From positions 28,894,001-28,958,000 of the forward strand of contig NC_087436.1 in the NCBI RefSeq assembly GCF_036321535.1: a DNA stretch of 64,000 nucleotides. Reading direction: 5' to 3'. Within the stretch, counting starts at the first letter, position 1, and each line of letters opens with the position of its first letter. The stretch comes from Camelus dromedarius. Its lineage: Eukaryota. This document shows positions 24,774-37,372 of this stretch, in pieces. A program made the translations under genes and the position numbers. The notes below the pieces were generated by a model that worked only from the letters and a program-made list of their open reading frames with translations, ran no database searches and was not told the origin of the DNA.

Positions 24774-25259
24774 GAGAAGGTATACTAAAATACAAAATTA
24801 CAAAATATGTTGTGTACCCGGTGACATTAATTTAATTATAGATTGTATCACTTAGTATATCTTGATCCCCATCTTATAAATTTCTACTTTTTAAAGAGCA
24901 GGTCAAATATCAGAGCTCTCATCAAATTATTCTAAATATTTTGACATTCTTCCCCCCACTACTGTTTGTACCGTTTTAATGCACCTGATTGTTATTTGCA
25001 ATAGTCATTTTTCTATGTCATTTTTTTCATCAGAAATTTGTGACTAGCTGAATGTGACTTATGTAATGACATCTTTTAATCTTTCATTGAGCTTAGATGG
25101 CATTACCATAACAGACACTGCATGTTTATACGATGAATTTCTTTGCTCCTACCACATCACACCTATATCATCGGTTTTTCGGTTTCACACCTATATCATC
25201 ATAAGAAAAATTGTCCATGATGGACTCATCTCTATTTTAAATATGGTTAAATATCCATG

Positions 25260-26500
25260 AGAGTAGAAGTAACCCGGTTCATTGGATTTAGCTTTGTGGA
25301 AGTCATTGATGTCAGAACAAAAAACAGTCTCAGTCACATGGTGGAGTAGAAGCCCGACAGGAATGGCTTCAGGAGGGGATGGTAGGAGGGACGTCGGAGG
25401 CAGGAGAACAGGTGACCATTTTAGGAAATTTACGTAAGTAGAGAAATGTGGTCATTAGAGATACACATGGGTTTAAAAGAGAATAATGGGGGATTTTGTT
25501 TTGTTTATTTCTGGTTTTGTTTTTCTATGTACTTTTTTTAAAGTGAAGTATAGTTAGTTATAATGTGTCAATTTCTGGTACAGCATAATGTCCCAGTCAT
25601 GCATATAGATATAGATATAGATATAGATATATAGATATGTTTATTTTCGTATTCTATTCCATTAAAAGTTATTACAAGATATTGAATATAGTTCCCTGTG
25701 CTATTTCTGGTTTTGTTCTTAAGGTGGGGGTAGCAATGGTTTGTTTGCTGTTGGGTTAGACCCTATAGAGAATGGATATGGATGATGCAGGGAAACAAGC
25801 AATGTTATACTGGGGTCATGTTACTGAGCAGGTGAGAAGAGTTAAGACCAACTATATAAATGGCGGCTCTGGCCTTAGCTAGGGCCACAGATGGTTCATC
25901 CATAATAAAAAAAAAAAAATAGGTTTACTGTACCGGTCAAATATGTGGCAAAGGTGGTGGAGAAAGACTGTGTCCCTTCTGTTTTATGCTCCCACTGAAT
26001 GGGAGCAGGATGAGCTAGGGGAGTACAATATGATTGCTGGGCAGGGCAGCTTTAGCTTTTTAGCTTTTAATGAGATGACATTTAAAGTGAGATTTTCAGT
26101 GTTGCTTTGGGAGTTTTCTCCTAACCACGTCCCTCTACCAGGTTCAGGGAAGGAAAAGGTGAAGAATCGGTTTTAACCAGGCATATAGTATATCCAAGGA
26201 AATCAAAGTTATAGGAAGACAATGGAGATGAGGGCATATTTCAGGCAGCTTAAAGGGGTCTAGAATGTACGATGGGGAGGGAGAGAAGTGATAATGTGTA
26301 GGGTGTGATGGACAATGGGACGTGGCAGGATCAATGGATTCAAGGTGCTAGTGAGAGGAAAGTACGACTTGAGTCAGGACAATGGAGCAAATGAGCTTAC
26401 ATTATTGAAGACAGGGATCAGAGATTGAAATGACACTGAGATGATGAAGAGGTTGTTGTTGAAAATGACAAGTTTGAGGTTAAGATAATGGTAGTAAATA
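25260..26500 (-). mobile_element. LINE-2 fragments
   Basis: Purine-rich antisense L2 motifs ttggatttagctttgtggaagtcattgatg...cagtctcagtcacatggtggagtagaagcc. Confidence 0.7.
25522..25701 (-). mobile_element. 5'-truncated young camelid-type L1 3' end inserted in L2
   Basis: Exact 16-bp TSD tatttctggttttgtt at 25506-25521 and 25702-25717. Contains gttattacaagatattgaatatagttccctgtgc and an internal (GATATA)n expansion. Confidence 0.93.
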
Positions 26501-26729
26501 GACAAACATGAGTATCAAAGAAAACATTATGCTTTTGCCAGGGCCCCTATTATCGTGAAATAGTTAAAAATAGCCCAAGCTTGAAGCACACCAACCACTG
26601 AAAGTATGCCAAATTTTAAAATTTGTCATAAAGTTGTTCATAAAGGACTCAGCTTTTTATTGTCTGTAGAATCTATACTGTTGTCCACATGGTAAACTGT
26701 GTTTTAGAAAATTTGTGGTCTTTTCCTTT

Positions 26730-27660
26730 TTTTCCCCTAGCTCAATCTCATTGCTGTTTTATCCATTTTACTTGTTTTTCGGAAAGAACTAATTCTTCAT
26801 TTTGCTGATTCTCTCTGTTGTGCACTATTTTATTAATTATGCAATTATTTGCTTCATTTTCTTCCTTCTAATTTCTCTGTGTAACTTTGCTGGGCTTTTT
26901 ATAAGTACTTGAGAAGAATATTCAATTTTCAATAGGCTTTCAGAAGAATTATTCATTTACAGCCTTTTATGATTTTCAGTTTCTGAAGATACATTTATAG
27001 AAGTGGGACATTTTGCTAAAAAGTATGCCTTTGCACATTTTTTACATACTTTGGCTATATTTCTTAAATTGGCCTGCAGAAGTGACATTGCTTTTCTTGT
27101 ATCTTGAAAATACCATGTGAATCATTATTGAAAAAATAAACACACTTACCAATCTGATAAGCTCAAATGGAGTTACATCTTTCACTTACATGATTGCACC
27201 TTCTAATATTTAATATGTTATAGCAACTTTATATCTTTTTATAAACTATTTTCTTTCCCTTCGCACCATTACCTGTAGAGTTGTTCATTAATTTTATTGA
27301 TTTGGACAACATTCATATGTGTTAAGAACATCCTCTACTGTCACATAAATCATATAAACAAACACTTTTTACAGTTTGTCAATTTTAATTATACTTATGA
27401 TATTTTAATATACAAAATTTTTAAATAAGTAACTTAATATTTAAGTATTACTTATCTTTTCTGTTTTCTTTCAATCTTCTACTTAAAGATAACTTTCCCA
27501 TCCCCTAAATTATATAAATAGTAACCTATGTATTTTTATGATAAAATTGCATAGATTTTAAAATATTTGAGGTTTTTATTCATTTGAGTATTATGTCAAT
27601 TACATAGTTGCAGTACCATCATTAAATACCTCATATCTTCCATATGGATGTTCCTTTTTT
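26730..27660 (-). mobile_element. Old L1 (L1ME-like) fragments
   Basis: T-rich antisense L1 motifs (ttaccaatctgataag, ctttcccatcccctaaattatataaatag, tagttgcagtaccatcattaaat). Confidence 0.55.
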
Positions 27661-29169
27661 GGTATATGAATTAAGAGAAAAGTTAGAAAATGTTTGCTAA
27701 ATTGGGGGGAAAGAAGATGAAGAAAAACTACTTTTTAAAAAGTTAATATTTTTTGAGTCCTCCATCTTGTTCAGCTCTAGGATTAGGACTGTACCTAGTT
27801 GTATATTGTTATAGATATAATTTGTCGATTAATTGTATATATTTATTATTACTCCCTGAGAATAAAAATAATGACAGTAAAAACTAAACATATTTGTGTA
27901 TATTATTAATAAGCCAGGAACTGTTACTACTATGGTTTAAGACACAGGGAAGTTCAGAAACTATCAACAGCAAAATATTTTAGTCAATGCTTACTTTAAA
28001 ATATGCATGTTCTATGTCATTTGGATAAAGTTTTGCTGGTTTTCTTTGTGTTTTTGAAAATCTAAATTTTAAAATGTTTGAATACATTTATCTTTAAATA
28101 CATTAGCTTAAGATATACCTAGACTTCCTAGGTATATATATTATTTACTTCCTAAATTATTTTTACATCTTTCAGATTGTCTACTAAATCTTTAAGTTAC
28201 TTCCTGTTTGCGGGCAACTGACACTATTGAATTATACAAGGAAAAATAAAGTATCTAAAGCAAGCAGCCGAGATAATCTTATTTTAAAAAGAGACTGTGT
28301 TTATTCAGGGCAGACTAGACTTTAAAACTCTGAGTTTTATCAATTACCTTGTCTGCAATTTGTGCAAATCATATAAGAAAACCAGCAGCAGTTATTCTTA
28401 TACAAGTATTGTACATTGAAAACTGCTTCATAAAATTAAAGATCAGTTTAAACACCTCTAATTAAGTAGGCAATCATCTTCTTACATATATTTAAAATTG
28501 TCTCTGTGTTTTATGTATTACTTTGCTGTATTCTAAATGCACAGATTAGATTGCAAATAGCTTTTGTGTAATTTTATAATAATCTTGATATAAAAAATGT
28601 GGAACTGGATCTAAATCTTAAATAACAAGATTGAATTTAAGGCCAATGGAAATACCAAGTTGTAAAATGCAAATATATTTTTTTATTCTTTTCTTTTCCT
28701 TTTTCAGTTTAATTAGGTAGAATTATTAGTTTGACTGCACATATACATTATATTGCATGTAAATGCATAAATACAATATACTGCACATTTTTTAGTTTGC
28801 ATATATGTACCGATCATCATTTCTAAGAACAGATTAGAGCTTTAGCTTTTTAAACTTACATAATTATCAAAGGAATAAAGCTAACCACAAAATAAGAATC
28901 AATGGAAGGCAGTAATCCAATCATAAAGGACAGTCAAATATTTCTTTTTAAATCATATGTATACAGTTGAAAATTGTCTAAGTAATCCAGAGGAAATCCT
29001 ATTACAAAATGAGTTCTTTGTTCTACCACACCACTGAAAATAGTTATTCTTTTACCATCAGTGATATCTTAATTTTCAAATAAAATTAACAGTTATCTGA
29101 TTTATATATGGTACATCTCAATATTGGTTATTCCAATTTTTGAAAGTTTTCTTTTAGCAAAAGCAGTTC

Positions 29170-29810
29170 ATATAGTTTGAGGGTTAGTCATGTGGGATTT
29201 AGGAGGCCACTGCAAAATTGAATTTTACTCCAAATGAAATGGAAAGCCTTTGAAGGATATTGAGTATGTGTAAATAACATTTTTAATGAATCATTCTGAT
29301 GACCATGATGTGAGAAAGCAATATAGAAGGGGAAGGAAAGGCAGCTGGACCACCAAGGCAGCTCTTCGACTAATCAAAACAAGTTGTTGCTGCTCGGAAG
29401 AGGGTGACAGCAGTCGGTATGAGATGCCATCAGATTCTGAATATATTTTGAGCATGACATTAAAGGATGTGTAAATGTGAGAAAAAAAGTTGACTTCAAA
29501 TTATTTTTTTCTGAGCAACAAAGTTGGGTTTAGCATCAACTAAGATGGAAAAGCTGCATCTGGAAGAGGTTCTAACTAGGGTGTGGGAGATGGTACCAGA
29601 GTTCAGTTTTTGACATGTTAACAGTATGAGATGGTTATTATATAACTATGAGGGAATGAAGACAAGGTAGCTGGGCACAGAAGTCTGAAGTTCAGGACAA
29701 ATGTCTGAATGGATGTGATTTAATGCTGTAAGATCAGACGAGATCACTTTGCAAATTAATGCAGACAGAAAAGAGAAAAAGAGAAGAGGACCAAGGCTTG
29801 AGCCCAGTCA
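29170..29810 (-). mobile_element. LINE-2 fragment
   Basis: Contains ttttactccaaatgaaatggaaagcctttgaagga, cagattctgaatatattttg, gagttcagtttttgacatgttaa and agaggaccaaggcttgagccc. Confidence 0.85.
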
Positions 29811-30430
29811 TTTCCTCCTTAATCTCACTCACTCAAACTACTGGAAAAACTCCTAACTCTTCGCTGTAGTTTTAATCTCTATTGTATCGAATTTAATCTC
29901 TCCACAATTATGATAATTACTCTTCTACAAGTATTATTTCACATCTCCTAACTGTGAGAGAAAAAAAATGTGCAAAAATTTTGTCTTGATGCACAAGACT
30001 CCTAAGAGTTTGAGCCCAACCAATCTTTCTTATCCTTTGTTTTCCATATCATGCACTTATCTCAGTCTTATTACACTTCCAATCAACCAAAAGTCATCAA
30101 AAAGTTTCATACTCCTATTTCTTCATATGATAGTCTATTTTGGAATGCTCTTGTTAAGTGTTCACTCAATGAAATACCATTCTTTTCATTCGTGATTCAA
30201 GTCACCACTTTTATGTGGATTTTCCTGATCTCATTATGTAAATGTGTCCTTTCCTCCTCTGTACTCCTATAATACTTGCATGCTATGACTTAGTGAAAAA
30301 TTGTAAGTCTCTACTCCCGTTACCCTGTTGATTTCTTAAAGACAAATTCTCTATCTCATTGAAATCTATCTTGAGCACATAAGACAGTACACATAATAGA
30401 GTAGATATAAACTGAATGAAAAGAATGAAA
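29810..30430 (+). mobile_element. LINE-2 3' fragment, opposite orientation to the preceding piece
   Basis: Pyrimidine-rich L2 sense motifs ending in actgaatgaaaagaatgaa. Confidence 0.6.
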
Positions 30431-32949
30431 TGTTTCTATAAGAAAACATTAAATTATTTGAGCGTGTATGTAGTCAGTTTTTAAATTGCACATAAGTTGG
30501 TTATAAATATATCTGCTTTGTGGTGTATATTATGTAATAAAAAATATTATACATACTTATTACTAGATATGTGTTCATTTTATGGAATATTCTATGTAAA
30601 AAAAATTTATTATCTCTCTGGGTAGTGAATCAGCCAAAAGTAATGTGGGAATGTGCTCATTCTGGAAGAACTCCTTGATAACACATAAGATTGATAGAGT
30701 GAAGAACACTTTTTTAAAATATCGAGAATTAAAAGGAACATAAAGAAATTCAAATGAATAGACTGATTCAATACAGAAGACAAAAAATCAGTGTGTGTCA
30801 ATGAAAGTCTTTAATATAAAGCTATTTTCATCCAGGCCATTTCTAAAAATGACAAAATGAAATTCATCATTTGAAAAATAATGACATAAACAATAATTCC
30901 ATTCTAACTGTGGATATTGTTTTCAAATTGTTCCTTAACTGAGGTTGGATCATTTGAAGAGACCAAAGCAATCAATTCATTTGACGAGAGCTATGAGTAC
31001 TATAAAGTATTTGACAATGCATTCTGATATTTTCAAAATTGTTTGAGAATATAATCATGCTACAAGGACCTCAGATTAGTTCTTTTTTAAACTTTTTTGT
31101 GTGCTATGTCCTAGAAACATGTAAAATAATTTACCAAGAAAAAGCAGCATCAATATAACAGATCCAGTGACCACCAATGCTTTCGAATAACATTTTATTT
31201 TCTTATTTGAGAATGATTAAGTTGTTGTTATTAGAGCAAATATACTGCATTGCATAAATTCAGTGTTTTTTAACTTTTAATAAGTGGCAAAATTTCGAAT
31301 GATTTTTTTTTCAAAGTCTCAAGCAGTTCTTATCATTTCCCTTTCCTTCCCTCTCTCCCTCGGTCCCTCTCTCCTTTCCTTTCCATCCTTCCTCCTTTCC
31401 ACTCATCTTGCCTTCCTTCCACAGCTCATTTAATCAAATACATACTGAACGTAGAACTTAGTATTCTGTTGAGTAGGTATATAAATAAAATGGATGACAC
31501 AGTCCTGCCTTGGTGAGGTTATAACATGGTTAAAAACAAGGCATAAATACAAAAACCATTAAAATACGACCAAAGTCATATGATTAGGTGCATAACAAGA
31601 GACACAAAACAAAAATATTTAAAATGCTAACAGTTTCTGTGAATGGAGAGATCTGTGTAGAATTAGATATCCAGGAAAATTTTGTTTGGGAAATATAACA
31701 ATCGTATATACTCTTGAATAATGATAGGGTTTCTATATGAAGAAAGAATAAAATATATTAGGCAAAGGAAACTAGGAAGGTTTTAGGATATACAATCTTA
31801 ATATACAGTTAGATTGGGGATTAAACAAGAGGAATTTACCGAAATTCCTTCATTAGACCACAGCAGTAATTCAAGTGTGAAGTGGGAGGAGAGTTTGAGA
31901 AGGGATGAAAGTCAGATTACTCATGATGAGCAGTTTATATAAAATAAAGGCAACAGATCTGAAGAATTCTGACATAAAGGTGAGGACAAACGTGTCCAGC
32001 AAAAGCTTTTTTTTTTAAGTGAATAAAATCAAAGTTTGAAGTGAAAGGAGATAACACTTATCTTTCATTTAAGAATAAAATATATTGTAGAAGAATGAAG
32101 TAAATAGGAGAGCAAGTCTTTCTGTTATTGTAATTTTTTAGTAGTTCGAGAATGTATACAGTTGAAGACAACATTCAAAATGGATTTTTCAAAGAAGAAT
32201 TTAAAGAAAGATTAGTTAAGTAAATATCACTTCCTAGTATAAAGATGTCTTTCTGCTTTGTGACATTTTAAAGTTTTATTTAATTACATATAAGTCTTTG
32301 AATTTGAGTTTCCTAATTTAGCTTGTCATGTTTCGATTTGCTCTGAATCTATTTGCTTTGTGTCTTGTTGCCTAAAATATATACTACTTAAGTTAACCTA
32401 AGTTAACTGATCCCTAAAATATGCTTAATTGGAATTTTAGTCTCTAATGTGCTTTGGCTTTGGTATTACTGCTTGTAGTTCAATTAAATTCAACTAATTT
32501 TATCTTACAATAAAATTTTATCTGGCATTATGACATCAGAAAACCAAATTCTAGTATATAGAATTACCTCACATTGGTGATCAAGGCAGAACAACAAAAA
32601 CTGAGACTAGAATCACATGTGTAGAAGGGTTGTTCTCTTTAGGAAACTAAAGAATCAAAAGTATGAATTTGTGTATGATCATAAGGCAAAACCATATCCT
32701 CTGTAATTATTTTATTATTTTTAGATATTAACTTGGGAGATTTCCAGTATTGTTGACTTTTTTCCATCCACTGACAATACCCTTAGGAGTGAGGTACAAA
32801 TCCCAAAGTATATCTTCTCAGGCTTTCAAAGTGTTTTGAGAAGGGAGAGCACTGCCTGCAGGAGATACATCTGTGACAAAGAACTATCAGAACTCTGTCA
32901 CATGAAACAGAAATTTTCAAGTGGATAGCGCTTTGTTATTAAAGGACAC

Positions 32950-33232
32950 ATTAGGCAGCTCAGGCTGCCATAACAAATAACAAATTGCTGTAGAGTGGGT
33001 GGCTTAGACAACAGGGATTTACTTTCTCACAGTTCTGGAAGCTAGGAGTTCAAGGTCAAGGTTCCGGCTGATCGAATTTTTAGTGAGAGCTTTCTTCTTG
33101 ACTGGCTGATGAGCGCCATCTCACTGTACTCCGCTGTGGCCTTTCCTCGGCACATGCATGTGGGGAGAGAGACAGCTGTCTCTGGTGTCTCTTTCTTACA
33201 AGGACACTACTCCTATAGGATCAGGTTCCATC
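32950..33232 (-). mobile_element. MLT1A-like MaLR LTR
   Basis: gctcaggctgccataacaaata...ggtggcttagacaacag...ttctcacagttctggaagctaggagttcaaggtcaagg...cttacaaggacact. Confidence 0.9.
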
Positions 33233-33239
33233 TGCTTTT

Positions 33240-34610
33240 TAGGGCATCACCATTAAATAAAAATTAGGTTCACCAGACATGTGAGGAGAGCCTCTGAAAT
33301 GAATGACAGACACAAAAGAAAGCTATAAAAGTAATTTTGAAGAAGGAGAGCAATGTAGGGGACAAAATAAAAACATAAAATTAAAATTCAATCAAAATAC
33401 ATTAAAATTAAAATCAATTAAAATAATATTAAAATTGAAACAATAATATAATTAAACAATAATTGCTATCTTCAGAGAGAATTTAAAAGATGAGATAAAA
33501 ATGATATAATAAACAAAAAACATTCAACAAATAAGAGAAATACCCTTGAAAATAAAAAACAATAAAACTGATTTAAAATTTGAAAGATTAAAAGATAAAA
33601 TTTAGGAAATACTCAAAAAGTAAAATAATAAAAAGATAAAGTATTTACTTACTTTGTATGCTTTCTTGGGCTGTAACTGGGAGATACTTTTGATCAAAAT
33701 AAGACAGTGAACTAAGAAAAAGCAAGATAGGGAATTAAGAAAACAGAAGGTCAAATAGAGGAGAGAGGTAGAAGTATTTCCTGGCATGATGGTGATAGAA
33801 AATGTTAAAATGCCATTTCTGTAGCACGTCTAAGAGTCCACACTTGAGCGCAGAGCAGAGGTGGGGGCAGTCTCCAGGAGAGTTATATCCAGTGGTGTGC
33901 TGGTGAATGTTTGTCGACCAACATTCAAGAAAAATAAATAAATATAAAAGCCCTATTTTGTAGCATTTGATCATTTCTGTGGCATAAATACTCCTACCAG
34001 GGCTGAAAATGTGACATTATTAACCTCTGATTTGGGACGTTTTTTGCACAATCAGTTCTCAAGAGTTGGTTCAAGCCAGCATCAGCATGCCACTTACATA
34101 TAAGGAAAAAAATAATGCTGAGCAAGTAAATTATCTTATCTATTTGACCCTTAAATAAAGTGTTTTATATTCCATCAGAGTGTCTGAGAATGAATTAATT
34201 ATGGACATATAGAAAACTAAACAAAAGAGAACAAGGCGGTTATTAACTCCAGGAAGGCTAACAAGTAAACTGACAGCCAGGGGAGAAAATGCAATATAAT
34301 TATTGATTTAAACAAAAGCTGATATAATTACATTAGTAGGAGCACCAAAGGAAAGTGAAGGCTGGAAAGTGTGAAAGTTTAAAATATTTATAGTGAAGAG
34401 AATCAATGAATAATATCCAATTTTTTTTTAAAGTAAGAAAGAGAGATTTAGAAGCATAAAAAAAGCACTATAAGAAACCACCCACGTAATTAGAAGTCAA
34501 CTCTAAGGAATAAAAGGGAGGCTTAGGAATGTGTTTTCCTCTTAGGACCTTTGTGGTGCTATTTGAGCTTTTAATCTACATGTATTTTTGATAAAATTAA
34601 ATTTAAATTT
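33240..34610 (+). mobile_element. Decayed L1ME/HAL1-like sequence hosting a MER63 insertion
   Basis: A-rich ORF1-like tract (caccagacatgtgagga; aaataagagaaatacccttgaaaataaaaa) and ggttattaactccagga. Confidence 0.5.
33890..34095. mobile_element. MER63A-like hAT-Blackjack MITE
   Basis: Terminal inverted repeats cagtggtgtgctgg and tcagcatgccact. Internal tttgtagcatttgatcatttctgtggcataaatactcctacca. Confidence 0.85.
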
Positions 34611-35879
34611 AAAATTGGATAAACACCAGATTATCTTCTATTTAAAAAAAATAGATACGTGCTTTGTTTTAAATAATGCTGTTTCATTTTAAAGTATTAC
34701 TCAAATTTTTTTTAATGTACAGAAATATGGAATCAAGAATTTGGAAGAGGTAGCACATTCATTACAACCAGTGAAATTTTATTGTCTAAAACGTTTCTAA
34801 TATGGTCATAACAGCAAGCAGACTTTCTGTTTAGGACTTTTGTAACATCTGGCTCTGCTCATTCCAACCATTGTCTGTCTGCAGCTGGGAAAATAGCTTC
34901 CAGTGGCCAATTGCCATCTTGTCTGTGGTCTTTTCTCGACTCCCACTCTCACTCCTCCTCCTTTTCAACGGTCAGTAGCATTCTTCTATGACTTCTTCTA
35001 GCTGTTTTCCACTGTTTCTTAGGAAGGAAATTTATGAAATATATTTCAATGCCATTCTTCATTTGGGCTCTTTGGCAATCTATCTACTGTAATTCCTCAA
35101 ATAGTGAGCCATTTGAAATTCATTGTTGGCTAGTTTCCTGAGCTAATTCATCATTTTTTTTCCTATTTCTACGTTTTTTGGCAATTTCAATCAGTTTTTG
35201 AGATTAGTGTTGGGAACAAAGGGACTGTTACTCTCTCATAATTCCTATTGGTTTTATATTGGTCTGAAATCAGTAAGAAAAAGCAAACAATTTTGAAAAG
35301 CAGAAATAAAAATGTTTTCAAATAAAAAATCTGTTGTTTTGTAAAAGGCATATATTACAGTAATGTAGATTACTTTATGACCAAAATAGGGCCATATTTC
35401 AGTACCCCAGGCTATAGTAAATATGAAAATGCTGGGCTTATATTTTGATATAGTAACAAAAGTCTCTCCAGGAAATGTCTGACAATTATAGCAAAGTCTT
35501 TATTCTTAAAATTTCACCTGAGCACAGCTTTATTGCCCTTTTTAATATTGACTATGTGTCATAGATTAAATTGTGTTTTATTTATACTCATATACTTTCA
35601 TTATTCTTGAGATTTTACATACTTTCACACATTCATGAGCAAATTGTATTTTTCTTTTTTTAGAAAGTCAGTTTTTTGCCCATGTTACATTAACATCTTC
35701 ATCTAATTTCCTAGCATTTCACTCATAAATTATGCTTGTTTCAACTATACAGGTGAAGCATCAAACATAACATTTTATATTTTAAAGTTTTCAGGGAAAA
35801 CATCTCTTACGTAAAATGTCAACTATTCAGCAGAATCTGTTTTCTTTAAAAAAAATACTGCTATGACAGAAACTGAGTT

Positions 35880-36002
35880 TATTTATTCATTTATTTGACT
35901 AATATTACTCAGACAGCTCCTATATGCTGATACCATTCCAAGAATTTGCAAGAGATTAGTGAACAAAACAGGAAAATATCCTGTTCTCATCAAGCTCCAG
36001 TT
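35880..36002 (-). mobile_element. L2 3' end
   Basis: atttattcatttattt...ctcctatatgctgatacc...agtgaacaaaacagg...cctgttctcatcaagct. Confidence 0.8.
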
Positions 36003-37164
36003 AACACCACATTAATAAAAACTACATGTCATATTTAAATTGTATTCATACACCCTACCTTCTTTCATTTTTTCATTTTTCCAAGTTAAAAAGTTGTTGT
36101 TTTACAATTCTGTGAAGTCTCACTAATTAAAGCTTTGTTTATGGCTTAACACTAAGAATTACTCAAGCTGTCTAATATTAATTATCACTTGAGATAATAC
36201 AATGCAGGCATGTTTACTTTCCAGTATGTGAAAATTAGCATTAGTTTTAGTATTCTAGTAAACTCAGAGGATATTTATTGCATGTTTTACTTCATTTGAT
36301 GAGTCCAGGTGTGTCTCAAATGCATAACATAAAAAAGTTTAGCCCAAGTCTTTTTTTAAATTACTTTAACCCCTTACACACTGTGACTAAAGGCACTATG
36401 CAATTTTTTTTTTTCTGGCCTTCGACTATAATGTGATACAGGAACATTTAACAAGCGCAAGGTTTATATTTGCCATAGATATCATTCAACATGAGATTTT
36501 AAGAAGAAATAACCCAAGGATTTCAAGGAAGTTCTAACTTCACTGTCATGCACAATGGTTTACAGTTTGAAACACAAATTTGGCTAAACTTATCTCAAAC
36601 CTGTATTTTGCCAGAGTAATGAGATTATATCTGAGCAGCTGTCCATGTTCCTTAGGGAACTTTCTCTGTGGATCCAAAGTGTTGCTTGATATTTTACATA
36701 ACATATAAGTAAATGTAATAGGAATCACAATGACTTAGTGGCCACCGTAACAAAAGGTGCTGGATCTGATACCAAGAAAGTGATTCTACTTCTGACCCTA
36801 CCCAACAACCCAGCTTGAGAGGCTTGCCACTTTGGCCTCACTTTATAATTTATAGAATGAAGCTGACTGGTTAGAAAATCTATAATGTAATCACAACTGA
36901 CTCTAAATTATATGATTATACATTATGTGTGTGTATGTATATATATACATATATTGTTATATATATTATTGTATTATAAATAATATTGTCACATATTATA
37001 TACAATATGTAACATACATATTACATATACATATACATGAAAAAATAAAATAAATGACCAAAACATTAGGAGTATAATCTAAAATGTTGATGTCTCTTCT
37101 AAGATTTTAATTAAAATATCAAAAATTATAGTTATCAGGTAGAATGGACTTCTCAATGCTCTGG

Positions 37165-37372
37165 AAGGCAGTATAATGTTGTGGGTGAAAGAGAATGTCT
37201 CTGGAATTAGATTGGAATTAGGTTTGTCTACGTACCCACTAGCACAATCAGGATGATGTCAAAAAGTAGATCATAGGGTTATTCCATTGCTTGAGTGAGT
37301 TAATGTATGCAGAAGGCATTAAACTATACTTGGCGCACAATAAGCATCCATAAATGCTTAACTCATATTAGT
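37165..37372 (+). mobile_element. MIR SINE
   Basis: aggcagtataatgttgtgggtgaaagag...ctctggaattaga...catagggttatt...tgagttaatgtatgc...tggcgcacaataagcatccataaatg. Confidence 0.8.
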
